From NCBI GenBank assembly GCA_035566715.1, contig DATMQU010000562.1, forward strand, positions 1 through 30,033: a stretch of 30,033 nt of DNA. Reading direction: 5' to 3'. The position numbers and the translations under genes were made by a program. Position 1 is the stretch's first letter. Each line of letters begins with the position of its first letter. Below the pieces are notes generated by a model. The model worked only from the letters and a program-made list of their open reading frames with translations, had not been told where the DNA came from and did no database searches. The DNA is from Vicinamibacteria bacterium. Lineage in GTDB: Bacteria; Acidobacteriota; Vicinamibacteria; Fen-336. Positions 7,319 through 15,045 of this stretch are shown here, one piece after another.

Positions 7319-8529
7319 CGGGCCTCGGCCGCGGGCGTAGGCGAGGGGAGGCCGGCCAGGACCGCCTCGATCGCGGTCCGCTCGGGTGACGCCGGCCCGA
7401 AGGGGTCGAGGGGAGGGCCGGGGCGCGGGCAACGGCCCAGGCGCAGATGCTCCTCGACGTCGGCCCGGAATCGGGCCAGAAGTCCGGTTGCGGACCCCGC
7501 GGCGGTCCGGCTATGGGCACAGTAGCCGTGGCTGGACATGAAGCCCGACACCTCGCCGAGGTCGGTCAGGTCCCTCGCCCGGGCCTCTCCCGCCTCCACT
7601 GCTCGCAGAATCCGGCTCAGGCTCGCCGTGCCGACCGTACACGGCGGGCATTGGCCGCAGGACTCCCGCTCGAAGAAGGCGGCGAGCGACGCCCCGACCC
7701 CGAGCGGGCAAGCGGACACGCCCAGGACCAGGACCGACGCCGTTCCCAGGGCGGATCCCGCGGCCCGGAGGGCGTCCGGATCGAGGGGGGTGTCGGCCTG
7801 GGCGGAGCTCAGCGGAGCGCCCGAGGGTCCGGCCGGGAAGATCATGCCCACGCCCTCCGTCGCGCCCCCGCCCTGCTCCTCGATCAGACGGCGGAGAGGG
7901 GTGCCCAAGGGCACCTCGTAGATGCCCGGCCGCCGCAGGTGGCCCCAAAGCGAGACGAGGGTCGACTCGTCGCGGCGGAAGCGCTCGGGATCGGCCACCG
8001 CCGCGGGCACCCGGGCCAGGGTTTCAACGTTCTGGACGAGGGTCGGCCGCCCGCGAAAGCCGACGGCGGCGGGGAGGGGGGGCTTCGGCCGTGGCCAGGG
8101 CCTACGGCCCTCGAGCGCCTCCAGGGCGGCCGTCTCCTCTCCGCTGATGTAGCCATCGTCGCCGTGGCGGACCTCGACCGAGAGATCGTCGAGCCGAGCC
8201 TCCCGGAGGGCCGCTCGCAGAGCCGCGGCCGGCCCGGCAAACGACGCTTTCAGAAAGACGACCGCCTCCCGTGCCCCCACCGCGCGGGCGGCGAGGGCCA
8301 GGCCCCGGACCACCTCCCCCGGCCGCGTCGTCATGAGGAACCGGTCCTTCACGGATCCCGGCTCCCCTTCCGCCCCGTTCGCGACCAGGAAAGCGTCTCC
8401 CTCTTCAGCGCGGACGGCCTGCCATTTGCGGCCGGTGGGGAACCAGCCCCCGCCCCGTCCCCTCAGCCCGGACGCGGTGACGCGACGGATGAGCTCCGAT
8501 CCGTCCGTGCTGGCCGTGAGTCCACCCAG
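7315..8529 (-). CDS. Stand-alone NuoF-like NAD(P)H-binding FMN/[4Fe-4S] protein
   Basis: SGLRGRGGGWFPTGRKW, NGAEGEPGSVKDR, YISGEETA, PRPKPP, NVETLA, an SLBB segment (PGIYEVPLGT) and ESCGQCPPC...GYCA. The first two motifs lie upstream of the first canonical start (GTG 8352); CTG 8529 has a GGAGG SD. Confidence 0.85.
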   Translation of the reverse strand: MGGLTASTDGSELIRRVTASGLRGRGGGWFPTGRKWQAVRAEEGDAFLVANGAEGEPGSVKDRFLMTTRPGEVVRGLALAARAVGAREAVVFLKASFAGPAAALRAALREARLDDLSVEVRHGDDGYISGEETAALEALEGRRPWPRPKPPLPAAVGFRGRPTLVQNVETLARVPAAVADPERFRRDESTLVSLWGHLRRPGIYEVPLGTPLRRLIEEQGGGATEGVGMIFPAGPSGAPLSSAQADTPLDPDALRAAGSALGTASVLVLGVSACPLGVGASLAAFFERESCGQCPPCTVGTASLSRILRAVEAGEARARDLTDLGEVSGFMSSHGYCAHSRTAAGSATGLLARFRADVEEHLRLGRCPRPGPPLDPFGPASPERTAIEAVLAGLPSPTPAAEAR

Positions 8530-8802
8530 GAGGTCCTCCCCGCGCCATTGAGCGCTTGACCGACGCGACCCCGGCAGCCGGGTTGCGACGGAAGAAGGGG
8601 CTGCCCAGGGTTATCGGACGGATTCGGCGTCCGGTCGTCGTATCGTAGCATCCCGACTCGTGCCCAGGGCGGCACTACGGGGACGGCAAGCAAGACCACG
8701 GGAGCGGGGAGACGCTGACGCCCACGGTGAACCGCCCGTTGAGGACGCCGTTTGAGCCGTCAATGAATAATGATGGCGATCCCAAGGCCGACGGATCCAA
8801 GC

Positions 8803-8831
8803 TTCACAAAAAAGTGCAGATGAGGTAGGAT
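8803..8831 (+). promoter_or_regulatory. Sigma70-type promoter for the A-type carrier gene
   Basis: TTCACA (8803-8808), 17-nt spacer, TAGGAT (8826-8831). Confidence 0.6.
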
Positions 8832-8853
8832 GGAGTTGTCGAGGTCGAGCCGG

Positions 8854-8910
8854 GTTTCCGCCCGCTTGCGGAGACTAGCGGTCAGATCTCGGGATGAGGA
8901 GAGCTGACCG
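8854..8910 (+). promoter_or_regulatory. Two-hairpin 5' leader; the second hairpin occludes the SD
   Basis: gtttccgc/gcggagac (8854-8875). cggtcag/ctgaccg plus tctc/gaga (8879-8910) enclose GAGGAG and end directly before ATG 8911. Confidence 0.5.
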
Positions 8911-9270
8911 ATGATCAACCTCACTTCAAACGCTGCCCAGAAGGTCAAGGGCATCCTGGAGCAGGAGAAGGAGAACATCCCCAAGGGTGGGCTTCGAATC
9001 TACGTTCAGGGCGGCGGTTGTTCCGGCTTCTCGTACGGGATGGTGCTGGACGAGGCCGCGGACGGCGACCAGGTCTTCGAGGCGGAGGGCGTAAAAGTCA
9101 TTGTGGACCCCATGAGCATGCGCTACCTCGAGGGCGCCGAGGTCGACTACAAGGAAGACCTGATGGGGGGCGGCTTCGCCATCAAAAACCCGAACGCGAC
9201 ATCCACCTGCGGCTGCGGCCATTCGTTCAACGCCGGCGGCGAAGGTGGCGGCGGGGGTCATCACCACTGA
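8911..9270 (+). CDS. A-type Fe-S cluster carrier (IscA/ErpA/HesB family)
   Basis: GGGCSGFSY and NPNA..TCGCGHSF, with all three Cys ligands; Gly/His tail. IscA and ErpA cannot be distinguished by eye. Confidence 0.93.
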   Translation: MINLTSNAAQKVKGILEQEKENIPKGGLRIYVQGGGCSGFSYGMVLDEAADGDQVFEAEGVKVIVDPMSMRYLEGAEVDYKEDLMGGGFAIKNPNATSTCGCGHSFNAGGEGGGGGHHH

Positions 9271-9282
9271 GGCTGGCCACGG

Positions 9283-9307
9283 GGCGGCCGGCTTGAGACC
9301 GGCCGCC
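9283..9307 (+). terminator. 9-bp GC stem-loop after the A-type carrier gene (no U-tract)
   Basis: ggcggccgg-cttgaga-ccggccgcc. Confidence 0.4.
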
Positions 9308-9354
9308 ACGGCGTGCTCGAGGCCGGGGGCGCTTGACCCACCCCGGTAACCTTC

Positions 9355-9981
9355 GTGAAGGCTCTCCCCGGTCTTCTTCCGCTGTTCCCCCTGCCGAACG
9401 TCGTGCTGTTCCCACAGATGCCGATGCCTCTGCATGTCTTCGAGCCGCGCTATCGAAAGATGGTGGCGGACGCCTTGGAGAGCCACCGGACCATCGGCAT
9501 GACCCTCCTGCAGCCGGGCTGGGAGCCCCACTACCAGGGACGGCCCTCCGTGTACCGGGTGGGGTGCGCGGGGGTCATCGAGCAGAGTGAGCCCCTCGAA
9601 CAGGGGCGGTACAACATCCTCTTACGGGGGACCGTGCGCTTCCGGATCCGCGAGGAGCACCAGGGAGAGCCCTACCGCCTGGCCGCGGTGGAGGCCCTGC
9701 CCGACGGAATGGGAGACAACGCCTCGCTGGAGGCCATGCGCCGGCGTGTCCTGGCCGCGATCGGCAAGGCCTCGGATGGCCCCGTCTCCCTCGTGCTCCA
9801 AACCGAGCTGCCCCACGACGTCTTCGTGAACGCCCTCTGCCAGACGCTCACCCTGTCCCCCGTGGAGCGACAGTCGCTCCTCGATTGCGACACCATTCTC
9901 GCCCGCTACACGCGCCTGCTCGAGATCCTGGACTTCCTGCTGCTCGAGCAAACCTACGGCCGGGGCAAAACCATTCACTAG
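9355..9981 (+). CDS. LON peptidase substrate-binding (N-terminal) domain protein, no ATPase or protease domain
   Basis: LPLFPLPNVVLFP.MPMPLHVFEPRYRKMV, GRYNILLRGTVRFRI; 208 aa. Confidence 0.88.
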   Translation: MKALPGLLPLFPLPNVVLFPQMPMPLHVFEPRYRKMVADALESHRTIGMTLLQPGWEPHYQGRPSVYRVGCAGVIEQSEPLEQGRYNILLRGTVRFRIREEHQGEPYRLAAVEALPDGMGDNASLEAMRRRVLAAIGKASDGPVSLVLQTELPHDVFVNALCQTLTLSPVERQSLLDCDTILARYTRLLEILDFLLLEQTYGRGKTIH

Positions 9982-10019
9982 CCCCCCCGCCGCGGGGAGG
10001 GGCGATCCACCCCCGGACC

Positions 10020-10688
10020 TCACTCCTTGCGGAGGCCCTCCAGCCATCCGGCCAGCGCTTCGTGCTTCTTGGTCCGAGCGAGGTCGGCCGCGGTCCGGCC
10101 ATCTTCGGCGCGGGCATCGGGCTGCGCCCCGTGGGCAACCAGCAAGCGCGCGATCGCCTCCTGTCCTGCCGCCGCCGCCTCGTGAAGGGGAGTGATGCCG
10201 GCTTCCTGGTGCCGGTTGGGGTCCGCCCCCGCCTTGAGCAGCGCCTCGACGATGGCGGCATCCTGCCGGGCCGTGGCCGCATGCAGGGGAGCCACATGCT
10301 GCGCGTTCCTTGAAACCGCGTTCACGTCCGCCCCCTTCTCGATGAGCAACCGGACGATGTCCCGGTGGCCAAAGAAACACGCCAAGCCGAGGGGGGTGTG
10401 GCCGTCGGAAGAATAGGAGCCCGGGGCCCCGCCATCCGCGGCCAGGATCTGCGAGACCCGGTCCCGTCGGCCCAGGGCACAACTCTCGAAGAGGTTCAGG
10501 ACGGCACCCCGGGCCAGGAAGGCTTGGGCGACCTCCGGCTGCCGGTAGTAAACCGCGAGCAGTATGGCGGACACGCCGTCATCCGTCTGCGCTTGCAAGA
10601 GGGCGGGGGTGTCGTCCAGTAGCCGGTTGACGGTCGGGGCGTCGCCCTTTTTCACGGCCTCGATGAGCGTTTGCCGGACTTCGGTCAT
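10020..10688 (-). CDS. Ankyrin-repeat protein
   Basis: AAGGAGG SD before ATG 10688. Repeats GHTPLGLACFFGHRDIVRLLIEKGADVN, PLHAA and GITPLHEAAAAG. Confidence 0.9.
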   Translation of the reverse strand: MTEVRQTLIEAVKKGDAPTVNRLLDDTPALLQAQTDDGVSAILLAVYYRQPEVAQAFLARGAVLNLFESCALGRRDRVSQILAADGGAPGSYSSDGHTPLGLACFFGHRDIVRLLIEKGADVNAVSRNAQHVAPLHAATARQDAAIVEALLKAGADPNRHQEAGITPLHEAAAAGQEAIARLLVAHGAQPDARAEDGRTAADLARTKKHEALAGWLEGLRKE

Positions 10689-10765
10689 GACTGCCGCCTC
10701 CTTCGGGCCTCCCACCGGGGCCCGCGCCGATCTCCATTCTGGGCCGGGGGAGGGGCTGGTTCTTC

Positions 10766-11017
10766 TCAGCTCTTGCTTTTTTGCGCCGAGGCCGTCCGGA
10801 ACTGGCGGGGGGAGAGGCCAAAGCGACGCCGGAAGAGCGAACTGAAGGAACCCAGGCTTTCGAATCCCGCGTTCAGGCAGACCGCAGTCACGGGGCGGTC
10901 CCAGCGGCTGAGGAGGCGCCGCGCGCACTCCAACCGCTGACGCACGATGTAGGCGTGGAGGGTCTCGCCGAAGGCGGCTCCTCCCCCCGGCTCTCCGCTG
11001 CCGCCGATGGTCCCCAT
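10766..11017 (-). pseudogene. Truncated AraC-family regulator (C-terminal HTH only)
   Basis: FGETLHAYIVRQRLECARRLL...VTAVCLNAGFESLGSFSSLFRRRFGLSPRQFR is the AraC signature. The first helix-turn-helix and the sensor domain are absent. Confidence 0.7.
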
Positions 11018-11161
11018 CGCCGCGAGTGTCCAAGCGCCTGGACCGCAGGCGTTCAGACCGTCGCTTCCCCCGCCGGGGAGGCCAGGCCCGGAACCCCCCT
11101 CGACTTTTTTCGCGGCTCCGCGTCTAAGGGGTTGGATGGGTAGCTTTTCCGAGGAGGTCGC

Positions 11162-12046
11162 ATGTCACGCTGGATTGGCTTGACCACAGGCATTTCCGCG
11201 CTGCTCGCGGGGGGATTCGCGCTCGCCCCCGCGGCGTCCGGGGCCGAGGGGCGCCGGGTGGAGATCGTCCGCAGGGGCGGGGCGCACCTGGGCGTGCAGC
11301 TCGCCGACGTGGGCAAGACGGACGTCGCCCGGCTCAAGCTGTCAGAAGAGCGCGGAGCCCTCGTCAAATCCGTCGACTCCGACACCCCGGCCGAGAAAGC
11401 GGGGCTCAAGGAGGGGGACGTTATCCTCCGCTACCAGGGGGAGGCCGTGCAGGGCGCGGCCCAACTGGCCCGCCTTGTCCGGGAGACTCCGCCCGGCCGT
11501 ACGGTCAGTTTGGAGGTGAGCCGCGGGGGGGCCATCCAGAAGCTCTCCGCCACCTTGGAGGAAGGGAAGGACCGGGCGTTCCGGTTTGGCGACCTCGATG
11601 TCCCGACCCCGGTCCTGCCCAACATGCCCGACATGCCTCCGATGCCACCCATGCCGCCCGATGCCTTCCGCTGGGACGACGGGCCCTGGGGCAAGGGACG
11701 GGTCATGCTCTTCCCCCGCCACGCCCATGGCCCACGGCGGCTCGGGATCGAGTATCAAGAGATCTCGGGTCAACTCGCCCACTTCTTCCGGCTGCCCGAC
11801 GACCGCGGCCTGCTCGTGACCAGCGTGGACGAGGACGGGCCCGCCGGCAAGGCGGGGCTCAAGGCCGGAGATGTGATCCTCAAGTTCGGGGGCAAGGACG
11901 TGCGGGACGCGGAGGACCTGCGGCACGAGGTGATGCACGCGGCCAGCCAGGAGGTCACGATCACCGTGCAGCGCGACGGCAAACCCCTGGACCTCAAACT
12001 CAAGCTGGGTGCTCTGGAACCGCGACGCGACGAGGAGACGACGTAG
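11162..12046 (+). CDS. Exported protein with two PDZ domains and a Pro/Met-rich linker
   Basis: GAGGAGG SD, signal peptide, LGVQL...PAEKAGLKEGDVIL and LGIEY...PAGKAGLKAGDVIL. No protease domain. Confidence 0.85.
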   Translation: MSRWIGLTTGISALLAGGFALAPAASGAEGRRVEIVRRGGAHLGVQLADVGKTDVARLKLSEERGALVKSVDSDTPAEKAGLKEGDVILRYQGEAVQGAAQLARLVRETPPGRTVSLEVSRGGAIQKLSATLEEGKDRAFRFGDLDVPTPVLPNMPDMPPMPPMPPDAFRWDDGPWGKGRVMLFPRHAHGPRRLGIEYQEISGQLAHFFRLPDDRGLLVTSVDEDGPAGKAGLKAGDVILKFGGKDVRDAEDLRHEVMHAASQEVTITVQRDGKPLDLKLKLGALEPRRDEETT

Positions 12047-12061
12047 GGCGGCCGCGAGTCG

Positions 12062-12829
12062 TCAGGGCCCCGTCGCTGGCGGCGGTGTCAGCGCCTCCAG
12101 GTCAAGCACGAGCAGGGTTCCCCCGATGGTCAGCGCGGGGCCGAGGAGAAGGTTGGCGACGGGCACGACCAGCGTGACGAGGCCGGCGAGCCCGAAACCG
12201 AGGGTCTCCGCCCGCCAGTCCTTGTACCAGGCCTGCCGGGCTCGGAAGCCGAAGCCGCGGTCGCCGAGCGGGCTCGCGGTCAGCCGCACGGTCAGGGCAT
12301 GGGCGCCCCACAACGTGGCCAGGACCGGTCCCGCCAGAGGAACGAGGCTGAGCAGAAAGGCCCCCGGAGCCGCGGCCAGGAAGTAGAGCGAGCCCTGAAG
12401 GGATGCGAAGGCCTCGGCGCGTGGCCGGGGCGTGCGGTCCTTCCCCCCGTTTCCCAACTGCGACTCCACTCGACGGGAGAGGCGGTCCAGGAGGGGAGCC
12501 GCGACCAGGAGAGCCACGGAGAGGCCCAGCAGCATTCCCGCCTCCAGCATGCCCACCCAGCGCAGCAGGCTCATGAGGAGGCCGAGGCCGGAGGAAATCC
12601 GCTCCCGCCCGGGAGCCAGCGCGCCCTCTACCGAGGGGCCCGCGAAAGCGCCCAGCAGGAGGCCTCCCGCCAGCGAGAGCATGACGAGCAGGGCGGGGAG
12701 CAGGGCGAGAGGCCAGAAGGACGGGCTCCGCAGGAGGAACGCGAAGCCGGCGGGAACGTGCCAGGCTCCGGCCGCCGCCCGGCGGAGGAGGCCAGGTCGT
12801 GGGGTCCTGGCCGGGCTCTGGTCGGACAC
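12062..12829 (-). CDS. EI24/CysZ-like membrane protein
   Basis: Multi-TM; VAAPLLDRLSRRVE, LLSLVPLAG and VPVANLLL..ALTIGGTLL motifs. Confidence 0.7.
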   Translation of the reverse strand: MSDQSPARTPRPGLLRRAAAGAWHVPAGFAFLLRSPSFWPLALLPALLVMLSLAGGLLLGAFAGPSVEGALAPGRERISSGLGLLMSLLRWVGMLEAGMLLGLSVALLVAAPLLDRLSRRVESQLGNGGKDRTPRPRAEAFASLQGSLYFLAAAPGAFLLSLVPLAGPVLATLWGAHALTVRLTASPLGDRGFGFRARQAWYKDWRAETLGFGLAGLVTLVVPVANLLLGPALTIGGTLLVLDLEALTPPPATGP

Positions 12830-12879
12830 GGGTTGAGCCTATCAGAGTTTTCTGGGCCGGCCCGAGACCGTGCACATGC

Positions 12880-12910
12880 TTGACACTGCGCGGGCGCGGC
12901 GTGGGAGAAT
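12880..12910 (+). promoter_or_regulatory. Promoter for glgC (TTGACA ... TGn-GAGAAT), probably leaderless
   Basis: TTGACA at 12880-12885; extended -10 TGG-GAGAAT ends at 12910; ATG follows 8 nt later. The 19-nt spacer is long. Confidence 0.45.
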
Positions 12911-12918
12911 GCCGCGCC

Positions 12919-14172
12919 ATGGACGACGTGCTGGCCGTGATCCTGGGCGGGGGGCGGGGGTCACGGCTGTTCCCCTTGACGCTGCATCGCTCCAAGCCGG
13001 CGGTTCCCATCGCCGGAAAGTACCGGCTCATCGACATCCCCGTCAGCAACTGCTTGAACTCCAACCTCCGCCAGATCTTCGTCCTCACCCAGTACAACTC
13101 GGAGAGCCTGAACAAGCACCTGAACTCAACCTACAAGTTCGACATCTTCTCCTCCGGCTTCGTCACCGTCCTCGCGGCGGAGCAGACGGAGGAGAGCCCG
13201 GAGTGGTTCCAGGGCACCGCGGATGCGGTACGCCAGAGCCTGCGCCACCTCCGCGCCCAGGGCTTTCGGGATGCCCTCATCCTTTCCGGCGACCAGCTCT
13301 ACCAGATGGACTACCGGAAGATGCTGGAGACCCACCGGCGCCACGTGGCGGACGCCACCGTGGCCGTGACCCCCGTGACCGCCGAACAAGCCCCCGCCTT
13401 CGGGATCCTCAAGATGAATCGCCAGGGACGCATCGTGCATTTCGAGGAGAAGCCGGGGCCGGAGCGCCTGGACGACCTGGTCTCCCACCTGCCCAGCATT
13501 GGCCCCACCTTTCTGGCCTCCATGGGAATCTACTTATTCGGCCGCGAGGCCCTGGAGCGATCGCTCAAGGATCCTGCCCTGGTGGACTTCGGTCGGCACG
13601 TGATCCCCCACGCCCTGGGCGAGATGCGGGTCCACGCCCATCCCTACCGTGGCTACTGGGAAGACGTGGGGACGATCGCCTCCTACTACCACGCGAACCT
13701 GGCCCTCTGCGAACCCGTCCCGCCCTTCGATTTCTACGAGGCCTCCCGTCCCGTCTACACCCACCCGCGCTTCCTGCCCGCCACCAAAGTCGAGCACTGC
13801 GTGGTGACGAGCGCGCTCATTTCCGAGGGGAGCATTGTCGTGGGGGCCCAGGTCGAGCGGTCGCTGATCGGGATCCGCAGCCGCATCGGCCGCGGCACCC
13901 AGATCCGCGAAAGCCTGATCCTGGGGGCCGACTACTACGAGACCCTTGATGAGATCGAGCGCGCGAACGCACGGGGTCTGCCCCCCCTGGGGATCGGGGC
14001 CGACACCGTGATCGAAAAGGCCATCGTGGACAAGAACGCCCGCATCGGCAAGGGGGTTCGCATCGTAAACCAGGCCCAGGAGCGGGAACGTGACGGCATC
14101 GGCTACTACATCCGGGACGGGATCGTGGTTGTGCCCAAGGAAGCCATCATCCCCGAAGGGACGGTGATATGA
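12919..14172 (+). CDS. glgC: Glucose-1-phosphate adenylyltransferase (ADP-glucose pyrophosphorylase)
   Basis: ILGGGRGSRLFPLT..RSKPAVP.AGKYRLIDIP, WFQGTADAVRQ, FEEKP, ASMGIY, YWEDVGTI, and a C-terminal beta-helix. Confidence 0.95.
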   Translation: MDDVLAVILGGGRGSRLFPLTLHRSKPAVPIAGKYRLIDIPVSNCLNSNLRQIFVLTQYNSESLNKHLNSTYKFDIFSSGFVTVLAAEQTEESPEWFQGTADAVRQSLRHLRAQGFRDALILSGDQLYQMDYRKMLETHRRHVADATVAVTPVTAEQAPAFGILKMNRQGRIVHFEEKPGPERLDDLVSHLPSIGPTFLASMGIYLFGREALERSLKDPALVDFGRHVIPHALGEMRVHAHPYRGYWEDVGTIASYYHANLALCEPVPPFDFYEASRPVYTHPRFLPATKVEHCVVTSALISEGSIVVGAQVERSLIGIRSRIGRGTQIRESLILGADYYETLDEIERANARGLPPLGIGADTVIEKAIVDKNARIGKGVRIVNQAQERERDGIGYYIRDGIVVVPKEAIIPEGTVI

Positions 14173-15002
14173 GCGGAATCGAACTGGGACCCTATCATCC
14201 CATCGTCGTCCACTTTGTGATCGGCCTGCTCGCGGCGGGCGTGGTCCTGCGCTGGCTCTCCCTCACCGGACGCCTGGCCTTCGCGGGCGGGGCCGCCCTC
14301 TGCCTCATCCTCGCCGGCACCCTGGCCGCGGTGGTGGCGGTGGAGTCCGGGCAGGCGGCCCACGGGCCGGTGGAGCGGATCCCCGGTGTGGCGGACGCGG
14401 TCGTGGATCACGAGCAATGGGGCGACTTGACGCGCACGATGTTCTTGGCCGTCGCGGGCGTCGAGATCATCGCCCTCCTCCTCGGCCGCTGGGGCAAGGA
14501 GCGCTATGCGCTGCTGGCCTCGAGCATCCTGGGTCTGGGCGGACTGTTCTGCCTCCTACAGGCGGGCTCGTACGGAGGCCGGCTGGTCTACTCCTACGCA
14601 GGCGGGGTGGGCATTCGCACCGGCGATCCCGCGGACGTAGGCCGGCTGCTCTTAGCCGGCCTCTACAACCAGATCCAGGTCGACCGCAAGGCGGGCCGGT
14701 CTGCAGACGCGGTCCGCCTGGCGGAAGAAGCGGTGCGGCGCTTCCCCGGGGATCCCGGCGTCCAGATCATGGCCGCCGAGTCCAAGCTCCTCGACGGGCA
14801 CGACCCCGCGGGGGCCTTGGAGGCGCTGGGTCGGCTCGTCGTTCCCTCGTCCAACCGCAGGCTGCGTCTGCAGCAGGGCTTCCTGCTCGCGGACGCCCTC
14901 GAAGCGGCCGGCCAGAAGGAGGGCGCCCGGGCCCACCTGCAGTCCCTGCTCGCGGAGTTCCCGAACAGCGAGCGGCTCAAGAAGAGGCTGCAGGCTCCGT
15001 AG
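14169..15002 (+). CDS. DUF2231-like membrane protein with a C-terminal TPR-like domain
   Basis: HPIVVHFVIGL, HEQWG, GGRLVYSYAGGV and a helical-repeat C-terminus. ATGA overlap with the glgC stop. Confidence 0.7.
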   Translation: MSGIELGPYHPIVVHFVIGLLAAGVVLRWLSLTGRLAFAGGAALCLILAGTLAAVVAVESGQAAHGPVERIPGVADAVVDHEQWGDLTRTMFLAVAGVEIIALLLGRWGKERYALLASSILGLGGLFCLLQAGSYGGRLVYSYAGGVGIRTGDPADVGRLLLAGLYNQIQVDRKAGRSADAVRLAEEAVRRFPGDPGVQIMAAESKLLDGHDPAGALEALGRLVVPSSNRRLRLQQGFLLADALEAAGQKEGARAHLQSLLAEFPNSERLKKRLQAP

Positions 15003-15045
15003 CGTCTGTGATGCGCGTCGGGCTGCTTCCCGGGCCGAGTTCGAC

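Noticed and set aside
7315-8529. Calling the gene nuoF of respiratory complex I
   Set aside because: No other nuo genes are adjacent, the N-terminus is short and several motifs are divergent. It is treated as a stand-alone paralogue.
8546-8548. ATG near the expected start of the NuoF-like gene
   Set aside because: It is out of frame with the conserved domain, has no SD, and would need an indel. CTG 8529 with an SD explains the data without one. It is kept as the alternative to test.
9333-9352. TTGACC and TAACCT upstream of the LON N-domain gene
   Set aside because: The spacer is only 8 nt, which is incompatible with a sigma70 promoter.
11628-11660. Short tandem-like repeats encoding PNMPDMPPMPPMPP
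   Set aside because: This is a low-complexity protein linker, not a regularly spaced DNA repeat or CRISPR array.
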